DNA of 64,000 nucleotides, taken from the NCBI GenBank assembly GCA_964350645.1, contig CAYGJY010000002.1:33538-97537 (forward strand). The letters run 5' to 3'. The notes beneath the pieces were generated by a model. That model did not search any database and was not told the origin of the DNA. It saw only the letters and a program-made list of their open reading frames with translations. Both the position numbers and the translations under genes were made by a program. Positions 17,937 through 27,356 of this stretch are shown piece by piece. The DNA is from an uncultured Candidatus Saccharibacteria bacterium. GTDB lineage: Bacteria > Patescibacteriota > Minisyncoccia > Phycocordibacterales > UBA918. The first letter of the stretch is position 1; every line of letters starts with the position of its first letter.

Positions 17937-18009
17937 GGCGGCTATAGTATAACGGTTAGTGCACCGGTTTGTGGTACCGGCAGTTCGGGTTCGATTCCCG
18001 GTAGCCGCC
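17937..18009 (+). tRNA. tRNA-His (GTG), G-1 encoded
   Basis: GCGGCTA/TAGCCGC acceptor, CCGGT-TTGTGGT-ACCGG anticodon arm, GGTTCGATTCC T arm. Confidence 0.95.
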
Positions 18010-18011
18010 CA

Positions 18012-18070
18012 TTTTAAGAAGCTATATTTAACAACGCATTTTGAGGGTATTTTTTAGTGCCTACTGTCTG
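18012..18070 (+). repeat. repeat A copy 1 (other copy 20617-20673)
   Basis: ttttaagaagcta...aacaacg.att.tga.ggtattttt..gtgcctactgtctg shared by both copies. Confidence 0.8.
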
Positions 18071-18097
18071 TAGTGGAACTTTTGCTATACTCATCAG

Positions 18098-18685
18098 ATG
18101 AAAAACATCTTGCTTGAACTTTTACCAACGCAACCGAAAGTCGGCGAAGTTACTTTTATTGCTGTCGACGGTCACGGTGGCTCTGGTAAATCAACACTAG
18201 CAAAACTACTAGCGGAAAAACTTGATGCTGAAATCATCCACACCGATGACTTTGCTGGATGGGATAATCCACTGAACTGGTGGCCAAACGTGATTAAAGA
18301 GGTATTTGAACCAATCAAAGCAGGTGCTAAATCCTTTTCCTATCAACCAGCGAGTTGGTGGGAAAATCACCACCCTAAACCAGTAGCAGATCAACCAGTC
18401 ACCGAGGTTATGATTTTAGAAGGTGTAAGTTCTTCACGTAGTGAGTTTGATGACTTTATCAGTTATCGGATTTTTGTTGATACACCCAAGGATGTTTGTC
18501 TTGACCGAGGCGTTGCCAGAGATACTGGTACTGGCATGAGTAAAGAAGAACTGACAAAGATGTGGGAGAAATGGTTTGATGAAGAAGAAACATACATTAA
18601 AAGAGATAACCCAAAGGAGAAGGCCAATATGGTTATCGACGGTACAAAACCATTTGAGGAGCAGATTTCATTTGAGGTTAACTAG
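18098..18685 (+). CDS. uridine kinase-like P-loop kinase
   Basis: IAVDGHGGSGKST, IHTDDF, ILEGVSS. Confidence 0.8.
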   Translation: MKNILLELLPTQPKVGEVTFIAVDGHGGSGKSTLAKLLAEKLDAEIIHTDDFAGWDNPLNWWPNVIKEVFEPIKAGAKSFSYQPASWWENHHPKPVADQPVTEVMILEGVSSSRSEFDDFISYRIFVDTPKDVCLDRGVARDTGTGMSKEELTKMWEKWFDEEETYIKRDNPKEKANMVIDGTKPFEEQISFEVN

Positions 18686-18754
18686 AAAACTTTTCTTGCT
18701 TCTTGGAGCCAACTCATAGTCATTTCCTCAAACTGGTTCCACTCCATGGACAGT

Positions 18755-18824
18755 ACGTGCCCAGCAATTTGAAGTAGATTTTATAAGGTTTTCTAGATAC
18801 CCTAGTGAGACGTTCGAACTAAAA
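18755..18824 (+). repeat. repeat B copy 1 (other copy ~19505-19578)
   Basis: ccagca.ttt.aagt...aaggttttctagataccctagtg.ga.g.tcgaacta shared. Confidence 0.8.
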
Positions 18825-19340
18825 AGACAGAATATATCTCTGAGCGCCCTCAGAATATTCGTCAGTCGCTTCCATATTGAGACGCTGAGCAAGTGCCTGT
18901 GATGCAATGTTTTCAGGCTCAATAAATGCTTCAATGCCAGTCGCACCATTATTGCTCGCCCACTTAACTGCCACTTCTGATGCTTCGCTCATTATCCCCT
19001 TTCCCCAATAATCTGGATGGAGGTGAAATGCTATTTCATAGTAGTCAGTAATAGAATTAAACCCCAGTGTTCCGGTAAAACCATTTTCAAGTAATACTGC
19101 CCAACGAAAACCCCAGCCATCTTTGATTGCATTAAGCCAAAAGTCGATAATCAAATCACTCTGGGTAGATTTTTGAACTGGTGTTGGGATAATGTTTCCA
19201 TTTGTATCAGTCACCACCCCAGAGCACTTGCAGACATCAGCGTCTGCCCAAAGCGCAAACATACCTTCTGAATGCTCTTTAGAAATTGGCTCTAGTGTCA
19301 ATCGTTCAGTTTTAAGTATTGGTATCTCTATCTTTTTCAT
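18819..19340 (-). CDS. GNAT (RimJ/RimL-type) acetyltransferase
   Basis: LKTERLTL, LHPDYWGKGIMSEA, ENIASQALAQRL. Confidence 0.88.
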   Translation of the reverse strand: MKKIEIPILKTERLTLEPISKEHSEGMFALWADADVCKCSGVVTDTNGNIIPTPVQKSTQSDLIIDFWLNAIKDGWGFRWAVLLENGFTGTLGFNSITDYYEIAFHLHPDYWGKGIMSEASEVAVKWASNNGATGIEAFIEPENIASQALAQRLNMEATDEYSEGAQRYILSF

Positions 19341-19504
19341 ACAAAAATTATATCAAAAGTTGGAAAGTATAACGTACATCATTCTTTTCCTCAAACACAG
19401 TTCGAACATCTCTATACAGAGACTGTACACCTTGTCAGTATTTCTCCTCCGTAGAAATACTAGGCAAGGTCTTGCGAAGCTCCGGTTATTCGCTTCTCAC
19501 TCTA

Positions 19505-19578
19505 CGACGTCGTCCAGCATTTTAAGTCCTATTTAATAAAGGTTTTCTAGATACCCTAGTGGGATGCTCGAACTAGAA
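19505..19578 (+). repeat. repeat B copy 2
   Basis: aligns with 18755-18824; its end gggatgctcgaact is an imperfect inverted repeat of agttcgaacatctc at ~19399. Confidence 0.8.
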
Positions 19579-20577
19579 TTAGTTAAAACTTTTCCCAGAA
19601 CGATTTCTTTTTTGGGTCTCTCGATAGCCTTTGTGTAAATTTTTCTGCTTTTGCTTGTATTCGCGTGACGATTCTTCGTCATACTTACTCTCTTCAAAAA
19701 ATCTTTCTCGTTGGAGTTTTTGGTAGTTTTTAAGCTGCCGTTCTGACACCTTCCCCGTCTCAGCTGCCTCAACGAGGGCACAACCTTTGCTCTTCTCCTG
19801 GTCACAGTTAGGAAACTGGCATTGTTGTGAAAGTTCCTCAAGTTCGGCAAACACCGCATCTTCATGCTCCTCGGTACTTTGTACACCCAGTTCTCGCATC
19901 CCGGGAGTATCAATTAAATATCCCCCATTTGGCAAAGTGAAAAGTTGGCGTGAAGTGGTGGTGTGCCTACCATGACTATCATCAACACGAACATCTTGCA
20001 CTTGTTGCTTTTCTTCACGCAACAGCCAATTTGTTATAGTTGATTTCCCAGCTCCTGATGAACCAAGAAGTACCGCTGTCGTATCTGCATCTAGATGCTC
20101 CAGCAATACTCCCATGTTTTCTCCCGTGGTTGCACTCACCGCGTGTACCGGAACATCTCCAGCAACCTCCTGGGATTGTTTAATAAAGCTCACCGGATCG
20201 TCAATGCCGTCGCATTTATTTAGAATAATCACTGGCTTAACATTACTCTGCTGAGCTAATAGCAAGTATCTCTCAAGCCGACTCAAATTAAAATCACCAT
20301 CAAGTCCCAGAACAATAAACATCACATTCACATTAGCAACGATCACTTGTTCCCCCTCTACTCCCACCGCTTTACGTGAGACGGTAGAAGTACGAGGCAA
20401 AATTTCTTCAATTACTGCTTTACCTTCAGCAACTTCACTATATGTCACAATGTCACCCACTTTAGGAAAAACATCAACTTCAAAAAACGAGCCCCGTACT
20501 GTGGCTGTGTATTCATGACCATTATCAGAAATACTGTAGTTGGTCTTATGTTCCTCTATCACTCGCGCCCTTTTCAT
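19579..20577 (-). CDS. rsgA: ribosome small subunit-dependent GTPase A
   Basis: circularly permuted GTPase: LNKCD, GSSGAGKST, GRHTT, IDTPGMRE, C-terminal CQFPNC..E..C. Confidence 0.93.
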   Translation of the reverse strand: MKRARVIEEHKTNYSISDNGHEYTATVRGSFFEVDVFPKVGDIVTYSEVAEGKAVIEEILPRTSTVSRKAVGVEGEQVIVANVNVMFIVLGLDGDFNLSRLERYLLLAQQSNVKPVIILNKCDGIDDPVSFIKQSQEVAGDVPVHAVSATTGENMGVLLEHLDADTTAVLLGSSGAGKSTITNWLLREEKQQVQDVRVDDSHGRHTTTSRQLFTLPNGGYLIDTPGMRELGVQSTEEHEDAVFAELEELSQQCQFPNCDQEKSKGCALVEAAETGKVSERQLKNYQKLQRERFFEESKYDEESSREYKQKQKNLHKGYRETQKRNRSGKSFN

Positions 20578-20616
20578 ATAGTATGAGTATACCAAGTAGG
20601 AATTACGACGTCGCTT

Positions 20617-20673
20617 TTTTAAGAAGCTAGATGCAACAACGTATTATGACGGTATTTTTGTGCCTACTGTCTG
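20617..20673 (+). repeat. repeat A copy 2
   Basis: aligns with 18012-18070. Confidence 0.8.
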
Positions 20674-20682
20674 AATTACTGG

Positions 20683-20964
20683 TCATTTCTTACCGAACCA
20701 TTTTGCTGCGTTTGGTCGGCGATGCGGACATCCCGGCCAACAGCACGGGCGCTTCTTTCCTGTACGCAAGTCTTCCTGTGTCCGTCTCAAGTGCTCTTGT
20801 TTAGTTGATTCTTGCTTACCCGTACTTACATAACACATCCACTCATTTTGAGCTAAAGGTGTCAGTGTACTCCAAATTTCTTTCAGGTCTTTATTCTTTT
20901 CCAATACAACTTTAAGTGAGCTGGGCATTCGGTGTCGAAAATCTTTAGTGTTGTTTGTCGCCAT
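20683..20964 (-). CDS. YdeI/OmpD-associated family protein
   Basis: WSTLTPLAQNEWMCYV..KQ..T, GKKRPCCWPGCPHR tail. Confidence 0.8.
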   Translation of the reverse strand: MATNNTKDFRHRMPSSLKVVLEKNKDLKEIWSTLTPLAQNEWMCYVSTGKQESTKQEHLRRTQEDLRTGKKRPCCWPGCPHRRPNAAKWFGKK

Positions 20965-21033
20965 ACAATTACATCATTATAACAAAACCACCCGATGGGT
21001 GGTTTTGTTGTTTTCAAACTGTATCTCCAGAAA

Positions 21034-21594
21034 TTATTTCTTGCTACCGATCGCTGATTCAACAATATCCTTTGGCAGTGCGGCACTTGCCAAAAGAGCA
21101 TCGCGGATTGACTTTCCGGTTTCACCACCAATTTCGTCGGCTGCATGAATAGCCCCCACAACAGCATTCTCAGTTGCCTTGCCAACATCTGCACCAACAT
21201 CACCAGCAGCTTTGATAGCCCCTTCAACCGCATGAAGTGCTACACCAGCTACATCGCCCCCAACTTCAGCCGCTCCATGAATAGTTCCACGAACAGCATT
21301 CTTAGCGGCACCAACGACATCACCACCCGCTTCTGACACACCTCGTACAGCAGCACCAACGACATCGGCGGCTGAATCTGCCATAGTTGCTCCAGTACTC
21401 GCAACACCAGTAATAGCACCTTTGGCAATACTTGCAACGCTACCGACAGCCACGTTTGAAACTTCACCGGCATCATTAAACGTTCCGACCACTACGTCTT
21501 TTACCGTGGTACGTAATGTATTTACAATATCTCCAGTTCCCTTAATGGCTGCCACCACACCATCTTTTGCTTCGTTAATTATCTTATCGATCAT
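21034..21594 (-). CDS. Gly/Ala/Val-rich protein with ~22-aa amphipathic repeats
   Basis: repeats GAVRGVSEAGGDV / GTIHGAAEVGGDV / GAIKAAGDVGADV / GAIHAADEIGGET. Confidence 0.75.
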   Translation of the reverse strand: MIDKIINEAKDGVVAAIKGTGDIVNTLRTTVKDVVVGTFNDAGEVSNVAVGSVASIAKGAITGVASTGATMADSAADVVGAAVRGVSEAGGDVVGAAKNAVRGTIHGAAEVGGDVAGVALHAVEGAIKAAGDVGADVGKATENAVVGAIHAADEIGGETGKSIRDALLASAALPKDIVESAIGSKK

Positions 21595-21712
21595 ATACGT
21601 ATATTTGAATATTAGTTTCTAAAGCTACATTTTCTATAGACCCACAAAAGCTACCAAACGGGCGGGGGCGCCCTTCGGGCGCCCCGGCCCTTTGTGTAGT
21701 AGAGTAGGACAA

Positions 21713-22609
21713 ATGCATCTCTTTAAAACACTCACCGTTATTCTCATCCTCTTCTTTGCTGCAGTTGGCATAGTCTTTAGTGGTGTCTTTGTCGCCATGC
21801 AATTCAACTTACTCAACGTGCGCGGATCGATCGATGCACGCAATAACTCACTGCTTAACCTTGGTGATACAAGTAATCTTGAAGTCACTATTCCCCGCTT
21901 ACCGGGGCGTTCAATTCTCGTTGGTACCTCGACACCCGATTATTCATGCACTGATGAAACTGTAACCTGCCCATTTGAGCAAACTCGGGAATGGAGCGTG
22001 GTAGCTGGTGGACTGCAAAAAGATATCGATATCATTAATCGTGTTGCGAGCGAAACTGGCGTCCCCCCACGCCTTATTGCAGCCGTTGTTGTACCTGAAC
22101 AAATCAGATTCTTTACTTCAGAACGCGAAGTCTTCAAGCGTTATTTTGAACCTCTAAAGATCCTGGGCTCACTCTCAAAATTTTCTCTTGGTGTATCCGG
22201 CATCAAACAAGAGACCGCCGAGAAAATCGAAGACTATGCTGCTGATTCTACTTCCAGTTTTTACCCAGGGGAAACATACGCAACACTTGTAGCCTACGCT
22301 GAGGATGCAGACCAAAGTCAAGAACTCTTTAATCGCCTCACCGACGAAAAAGACCACTACTATTCCTACCTGTATACAGCAATTTTTATTAAAGAGATCC
22401 AAGCTCAGTGGCGCCGGGCCGGATACGATCTCTCTAATCAACCAGCGATTATCGCTACGATTTTTAATCTTGGGTTTGCCGGCTCCAATCCCAAAACAAA
22501 TCCCACCGTCGGTGGCACATGGGTTACTGTCGGTGGACAAAGTTATAGCTTTGGTCAACTTGCTGAACTGTTCTACACTTCAAACGAACTCTTAGAGTTA
22601 CGTAGATAA
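21713..22609 (+). CDS. membrane-anchored protein, possible lysozyme/lytic-transglycosylase-like fold
   Basis: N-terminal TM; LIAAVVVPEQ, SLGVSGIKQETA, ATIFNLG resemble SLT motifs I-III. Confidence 0.5.
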   Translation: MHLFKTLTVILILFFAAVGIVFSGVFVAMQFNLLNVRGSIDARNNSLLNLGDTSNLEVTIPRLPGRSILVGTSTPDYSCTDETVTCPFEQTREWSVVAGGLQKDIDIINRVASETGVPPRLIAAVVVPEQIRFFTSEREVFKRYFEPLKILGSLSKFSLGVSGIKQETAEKIEDYAADSTSSFYPGETYATLVAYAEDADQSQELFNRLTDEKDHYYSYLYTAIFIKEIQAQWRRAGYDLSNQPAIIATIFNLGFAGSNPKTNPTVGGTWVTVGGQSYSFGQLAELFYTSNELLELRR

Positions 22610-22617
22610 AAGTCTAA

Positions 22618-22872
22618 CTACGAGCCAGCCTCCGCTTCCATCTTCTCTAAGCGGGTGTAGTAGTCGGGGATTTCTTTGAGGTGTGCCCAAGCAATCTTGC
22701 CAGTAAGCAGTTCATCGTTACCCGTCACATCGGTTTCTGGATCATGCGAGCCGTGTTCCATTTCAATCGCCAGTCCTAAGCGAAACTCATTCAGGTCATA
22801 CTTGGTAAAATCAATACCAATTGCTACTCCGATTCGTTCTGCGTCTGTCATAGAAAACGTTTTGTTTGTCAT
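22618..22872 (-). CDS. DUF5661-like small protein
   Basis: GLAIEMEHG, TGKIAWAHLKEIPDYYTRL. Confidence 0.75.
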   Translation of the reverse strand: MTNKTFSMTDAERIGVAIGIDFTKYDLNEFRLGLAIEMEHGSHDPETDVTGNDELLTGKIAWAHLKEIPDYYTRLEKMEAEAGS

Positions 22873-22967
22873 ACTAAAACAGTAGCACTTTGCTGGTACT
22901 TAGCAATCGCAAGGTATACGCAAAAGGCGGGCAACTTCGTTGCCCGCCTTTTGCACTGCACTCCACC

Positions 22968-23588
22968 TTACTCCAACTCCGATCGTAATCGCTTCATCAC
23001 TTTAATCTCCTCAGTTTGGGTCAAAATAATTGCTTCACTCAAATCAGCAATTTCTTGATGCTCAATATATTCTTGTACACTTTGAGCCATCATAATCGCT
23101 CCCCTGTGGTGCATTACCATGTCTTCAAGAAAACGCTTATCGATCTCTGCCCCAGAAAGACCAGATAACTCACGCATCATTGGTTGATAATCACCAGCTT
23201 CCGACGCATACGCTTCCCCGTACCACGCCTGATACCAAGCTTTCATATCAGAGATCTCTGTCTCTTGCGCAAGAATAATATTTTCTGCCAAGGCCTGTAT
23301 CTCAGGTGTACTGCCACCTCGCTCGACCACTTCCCTTGCCGTGTCTACTGCTTCTTGGTGGTGAGGAATCATTCCTATTAAAAAGTCTTGCTCGCTAGCA
23401 ACCATCATTGCTGAATGGTCCATACCTCCCATATTCCCCATTGGCATGCGATCACTATCTGTGTCGTCATGCTGCATCATAGAATGATCCATTCCCTTCA
23501 TTCCATCATCATCTTTGTCTGCAATTAGGTAACCGCCCATACCTCCAATGAGCAGTGCTATACTTGCAATTAAAACGATATTTTTCAT
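22968..23588 (-). CDS. DUF305 (ferritin-like) Met/His-rich exported protein
   Basis: two MIPHHQEA / MVMHHRGA repeats with Q..EI..M. Confidence 0.88.
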   Translation of the reverse strand: MKNIVLIASIALLIGGMGGYLIADKDDDGMKGMDHSMMQHDDTDSDRMPMGNMGGMDHSAMMVASEQDFLIGMIPHHQEAVDTAREVVERGGSTPEIQALAENIILAQETEISDMKAWYQAWYGEAYASEAGDYQPMMRELSGLSGAEIDKRFLEDMVMHHRGAIMMAQSVQEYIEHQEIADLSEAIILTQTEEIKVMKRLRSELE

Positions 23589-23603
23589 GTTTGTTTAGTT
23601 ATT

Positions 23604-24017
23604 TTAGTAATAAAGCACCAGTGCTGCTGAGTACAGTTTGGGATGAAGAATACCGTTTGAGAACAGTTCTTGGAGTGGCCGATATGAAAAACTATAGGTT
23701 CTGGCGGCAAGCCATCTTTGTGGCGGTGGTGAAGCGTACTTTATTTTTCTCAGCAGATTCGGTGCGACTGAAACAACTAATAAAGCCATGCCGACAGCTA
23801 CTAGAAGCAGGGTCACGGTAGGAACCACTGATAGAAACGCCGACTTCCAAGCATCAATGTGATCAGCAAAGTTCATTGGACAGATGACTTCACCATGCTT
23901 CATAAACGGACAGTCCGTCATTGCGCCTGACATATCCATACCCATCGACATATGGAACAAACTAAAAAACAGTGCCCCGAGAAAGAAAGTCAGTAGTATT
24001 GTTGCCGCCCATTTCAT
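23604..24017 (-). CDS. hypothetical membrane protein (Met-rich, CPFM/CPM motifs)
   Basis: two TMs, MSMGMDMSGAM..CPFM..ICPM, C-terminal LFSNGILHPK; TATAAT 6 nt before ATG 24017. Confidence 0.65.
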   Translation of the reverse strand: MKWAATILLTFFLGALFFSLFHMSMGMDMSGAMTDCPFMKHGEVICPMNFADHIDAWKSAFLSVVPTVTLLLVAVGMALLVVSVAPNLLRKIKYASPPPQRWLAARTYSFSYRPLQELFSNGILHPKLYSAALVLYY

Positions 24018-24222
24018 ACATTCATTATAGCAAAATACCAGCTTAAAACCCGAGAATGAAAATGTTGTATCATTCTTATTTTCAAACATAGTTCTAACAC
24101 CTCTTACAGACGCTTTTCAAGTTATCAATATTCTTCATGCTTCAGAATATTTGGAAACCTCTTGCGAAAATCGCCCAGATTGTCTCCCCCTACCGAGACG
24201 TTTGGACTGTTATACTTGATAG

Positions 24223-26110
24223 ATGAAGCCGTGGCAGACGATAACGAAAAAAACCTCTCTATCAGTGGTGTGTTGCTGATAACTTTAATTGGCGGCGGCT
24301 GGTTTTTCTTGCCCCAACCAACTCCGCCGCTTCCCTTGCCTGATAACCCTGATTACTTAAACGCTACCCTACCGACCGAGACGCGCGTAGCCAGTCTTTT
24401 TTCATACATGACCCTTGAGGAGAAAATTGGGCAAATGGCGTTGGTTGAAAAAAATAGTCTCAAAGAATTAGGTGACATCAGTGGCTACCGGCTAGGCGCC
24501 CTCTTAAGCGGCTCGGGAGCTAAACCAGAAGAAAATACCCCAGCAGGCTGGAAGAAAATGACCGACGCATTCCAAGCTGAGGCAACACAATCTCGGCTAG
24601 GTATTCCTCTGCTCTATGGTTCAGACGCAATTCATGGACACGCCCACGTTCCGGGAGCAACTATTTTCCCGCATATGATCGGGCTTGGTGCCACTGGTGA
24701 TCCAGAATTGGTACGGAAAATTGCAGCCGCCACTGCTGAAGACATGTTGGCCACCGGAGTGAATTGGAACTTTGCTCCCAACCTAGACACGCCGCAAGAT
24801 ATTCGCTGGGGTCGCGTATATGAAACATTCTCTGATGACCCAGCCTTGGTGGCAAAACTAGGCGTAGCCTATATAGAAGGATTACAATCGTATGCTGACT
24901 CTCAAATACTAGCCACCCCAAAGCATTTTATCGGGCTTGGCGGCATGCGTTGGGACACATCCCTAAATGAAAACTTTACAATCGACCAAGGCGTCACCCC
25001 AGCTGACGAAAAGATACTAGAAGAGGTATACTTGCCCCCATTTGCCGCTGCCGTCGATGCTGGGGCTTTAAGCATTATGGTTGGACTCAACACCTGGGGT
25101 AATACGAAAACAGTTCGACAAAAGTATCTCCTAACCGACGTACTCAAAAACCAACTTGAATTCCAAGGGTTGTAGTTTCTGACTGGTACGGGGTTCACGA
25201 AGGAGCCCGAAGCAATTTTTGGGCTACGATATCAGCGATTAATGCAGGCGTAGATATGGTCATGCTGCCGTTTGATTATGAGAAGTTCACTCGCCATATG
25301 TTGTGGGCCAATCGACTTGGCTTGATATCTGATGAACGCATCGATGATGCGGTGCGTAGAATTTTATACGCGAAGTTTTCACGTGGTTTATTTGATACTG
25401 ACGATAACAACCAGCAAATCTCTGAGACCTCAAATCAAACACACCAAAAATTAGCCCGTGATGCCGTAGCAGCATCTCTCGTTCTTATAAAAAATGAAGC
25501 TGCCCTACTACCAAGAAAAGGTACCGCCAAGAAAATTCGAGTAGCTGGAAGTGCCGCTGATAATGTCGGTAAACAGCTTGGGGCGTGGAGCATCGAGTGG
25601 CAAGGGGTTGACGGCAACTGGCCCCCAAACTCAACCTCGATTCTCGCTGGTATCAAAGAAGTAGCCGGGAAAAATACCCTCATTGAATTTGACGCTGCTG
25701 GGAAATTTTTAGGAAATACAACAAAAGCAGATGTCGGCATTGCTGTGGTCGGTGAATCCCCCTATGCCGAAGGTTGGGGGGACAACCCAAACCCTACCCT
25801 CAGTGAAGAGGATATAACCGCGATAAAAAATCTCCGGGACACCAGCCGCACTGTTATAGTCATTTTAGTGACGGGACGACCCCTCATCATTACTGATGAG
25901 ATTAGCGACTGGGACGCCCTTGTGGTTGCTTGGTTACCCGGCAGTGAGGGGGCTGGTGTGGCTGATGTCCTGTTTGGTAAAAAAGCATTTTCAGGAACCC
26001 TGCCTTTACCGTGGCCAGCAAACATAAAACAATTATCAATTTCTACAACTGGGAAAACCAATGATGGTAGCGACGTGCTTTTCCCTCGATATTTTGGCCT
26101 CAAATACTAA
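24223..26110 (+). pseudogene. GH3 beta-glucosidase interrupted by two apparent 1-nt deletions (or sequencing errors)
   Basis: MTLEEKIGQM, DAIHG, RWGR.YE, KHF motifs; FQG(F)VVSDW split at ~25170; first shift in A7 run at ~24247-24253; C-domain VVGESPYAEG, AWLPGSEG. Confidence 0.8.
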
Positions 26111-26192
26111 GTCTGATTTCTTGATAGAAAATCAGGGTGTAGAAAGTACTATCGCGTCACCACTAAAGCACTTTCTGCGGTACACTGTAGGT

Positions 26193-26831
26193 ATGTATTA
26201 CTATATTTTTGGAGGAGTGCTGTTACTACTAGCGATCTGGACAGTTGGCAGTTACTTAGCGGTTAGGAATCTGGAAGAACCCGCCTACACTGTGCTAGAA
26301 AAACGAAAGGGATACGAGATCAGAGAATACAAACCGTACATCATTGCTGAGACAACAGTGACCGGTGACCAACGTGCTGGTATCAACCAAGGCTTTTCGA
26401 TTATTGCCGGCTACATCTTTGGTGATAACACCAGTAAACAAAAAATTCCTATGACCACGCCGGTCCTTGAAGAAGTGGGTGGTGGTGTGAGTGAAAAAAT
26501 TGCCATGACGGTGCCGGTTATCGATACTGAGGCAGCCGAAAATGAGCGAACGATCTCCTTTGTCTTACCTTCCAAGTACACACTTGACACCCTCCCGACG
26601 CCAAACGACGACCGAGTGAAGTTGGTCGAAGTGCCAGCCCAAAAAGTCGCTGCGCTTCGCTTCACCTGGTACGGCACCCCAGCTCGGGTTGAAAGTCAAA
26701 AAGCCAAACTGCAAACAATGCTCATTCGCGACAACCTAACCACGATCGGCAATCTTCGTACAGCGTTTTATAACCCACCTCTCTCGATGCCACTGATCCT
26801 GCGTAATGAAATCTTAGCACCACTTCAATAA
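26193..26831 (+). CDS. SOUL heme-binding protein
   Basis: EEPAYTV, YEIREY, GF..IAGYIFG.N, KIAMTVPV, FYNPP, RNEI. Confidence 0.9.
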   Translation: MYYYIFGGVLLLLAIWTVGSYLAVRNLEEPAYTVLEKRKGYEIREYKPYIIAETTVTGDQRAGINQGFSIIAGYIFGDNTSKQKIPMTTPVLEEVGGGVSEKIAMTVPVIDTEAAENERTISFVLPSKYTLDTLPTPNDDRVKLVEVPAQKVAALRFTWYGTPARVESQKAKLQTMLIRDNLTTIGNLRTAFYNPPLSMPLILRNEILAPLQ

Positions 26832-26842
26832 ACACATACACT

Positions 26843-27238
26843 ATGAATGAATCCCTCTGGTACGCCACTCTCATCAAACCGTCTTTTGCCCCACCTGCCT
26901 GGTTGTTTGGTCCGGTCTGGACAGTACTGTATGCAATCATTGCTGTCTCCTTTGGCTACGTACTCTACCAAACATTTAAAGGCAACCTACCCTGGCTTGT
27001 CGCCCTCCCGTTTGTACTCAATCTCTTGTTTAATTTTTCTTTTACCCCACTACAATTTGGTTTGCAAAACAATCTTTTGGCAGCGATAGATATTCTCCTC
27101 GTACTCGGGACAATGGTCTGGGCGGGCTATATGATTTATCCGTATGCCGCCTGGGTCGTGTATGTAAATATCCCCTACTTCCTGTGGGTCAGTTTTGCGA
27201 CCGTACTACAGCTCTCGATTACGTATTTGAATTGGTAG
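26843..27238 (+). CDS. tspO: TspO/MBR tryptophan-rich sensory protein
   Basis: WYATLIKPSFAPPAWLFGPVWTVLY, PYFLWVSFAT. Confidence 0.92.
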   Translation: MNESLWYATLIKPSFAPPAWLFGPVWTVLYAIIAVSFGYVLYQTFKGNLPWLVALPFVLNLLFNFSFTPLQFGLQNNLLAAIDILLVLGTMVWAGYMIYPYAAWVVYVNIPYFLWVSFATVLQLSITYLNW

Positions 27239-27353
27239 CTTTCCGACACCGATCACTGCAATACTTCACCTGCGCCCATTGCCCGCGCAATTTCCAAGAT
27301 TTACGGTTAGCAAATGTCCGACTACATGCGACACATATTTTTGTTTCACTCAT
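27219..27353 (-). CDS. DUF2256-like small zinc-finger protein (44 aa)
   Basis: Not in ORF track. MSETKICVACSRTFANRKSWKLRGQWAQVKYCSDRCRK: CxxC..R.F..RK.W...W..VKYCSDRCR. Confidence 0.85.
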   Translation of the reverse strand: MSETKICVACSRTFANRKSWKLRGQWAQVKYCSDRCRKATNSNT

Positions 27354-27356
27354 CGC

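Noticed and set aside
18025-18050. Xer dif site within repeat A (ATTTAACA...)
   Set aside because: Only a partial XerD-arm resemblance, not conserved in the second copy
18012-20673. CRISPR array or classical attC integron array
   Set aside because: Only two copies of each repeat with gene-sized spacing; no cas or intI gene, and canonical attC R''/R' boxes are not convincing
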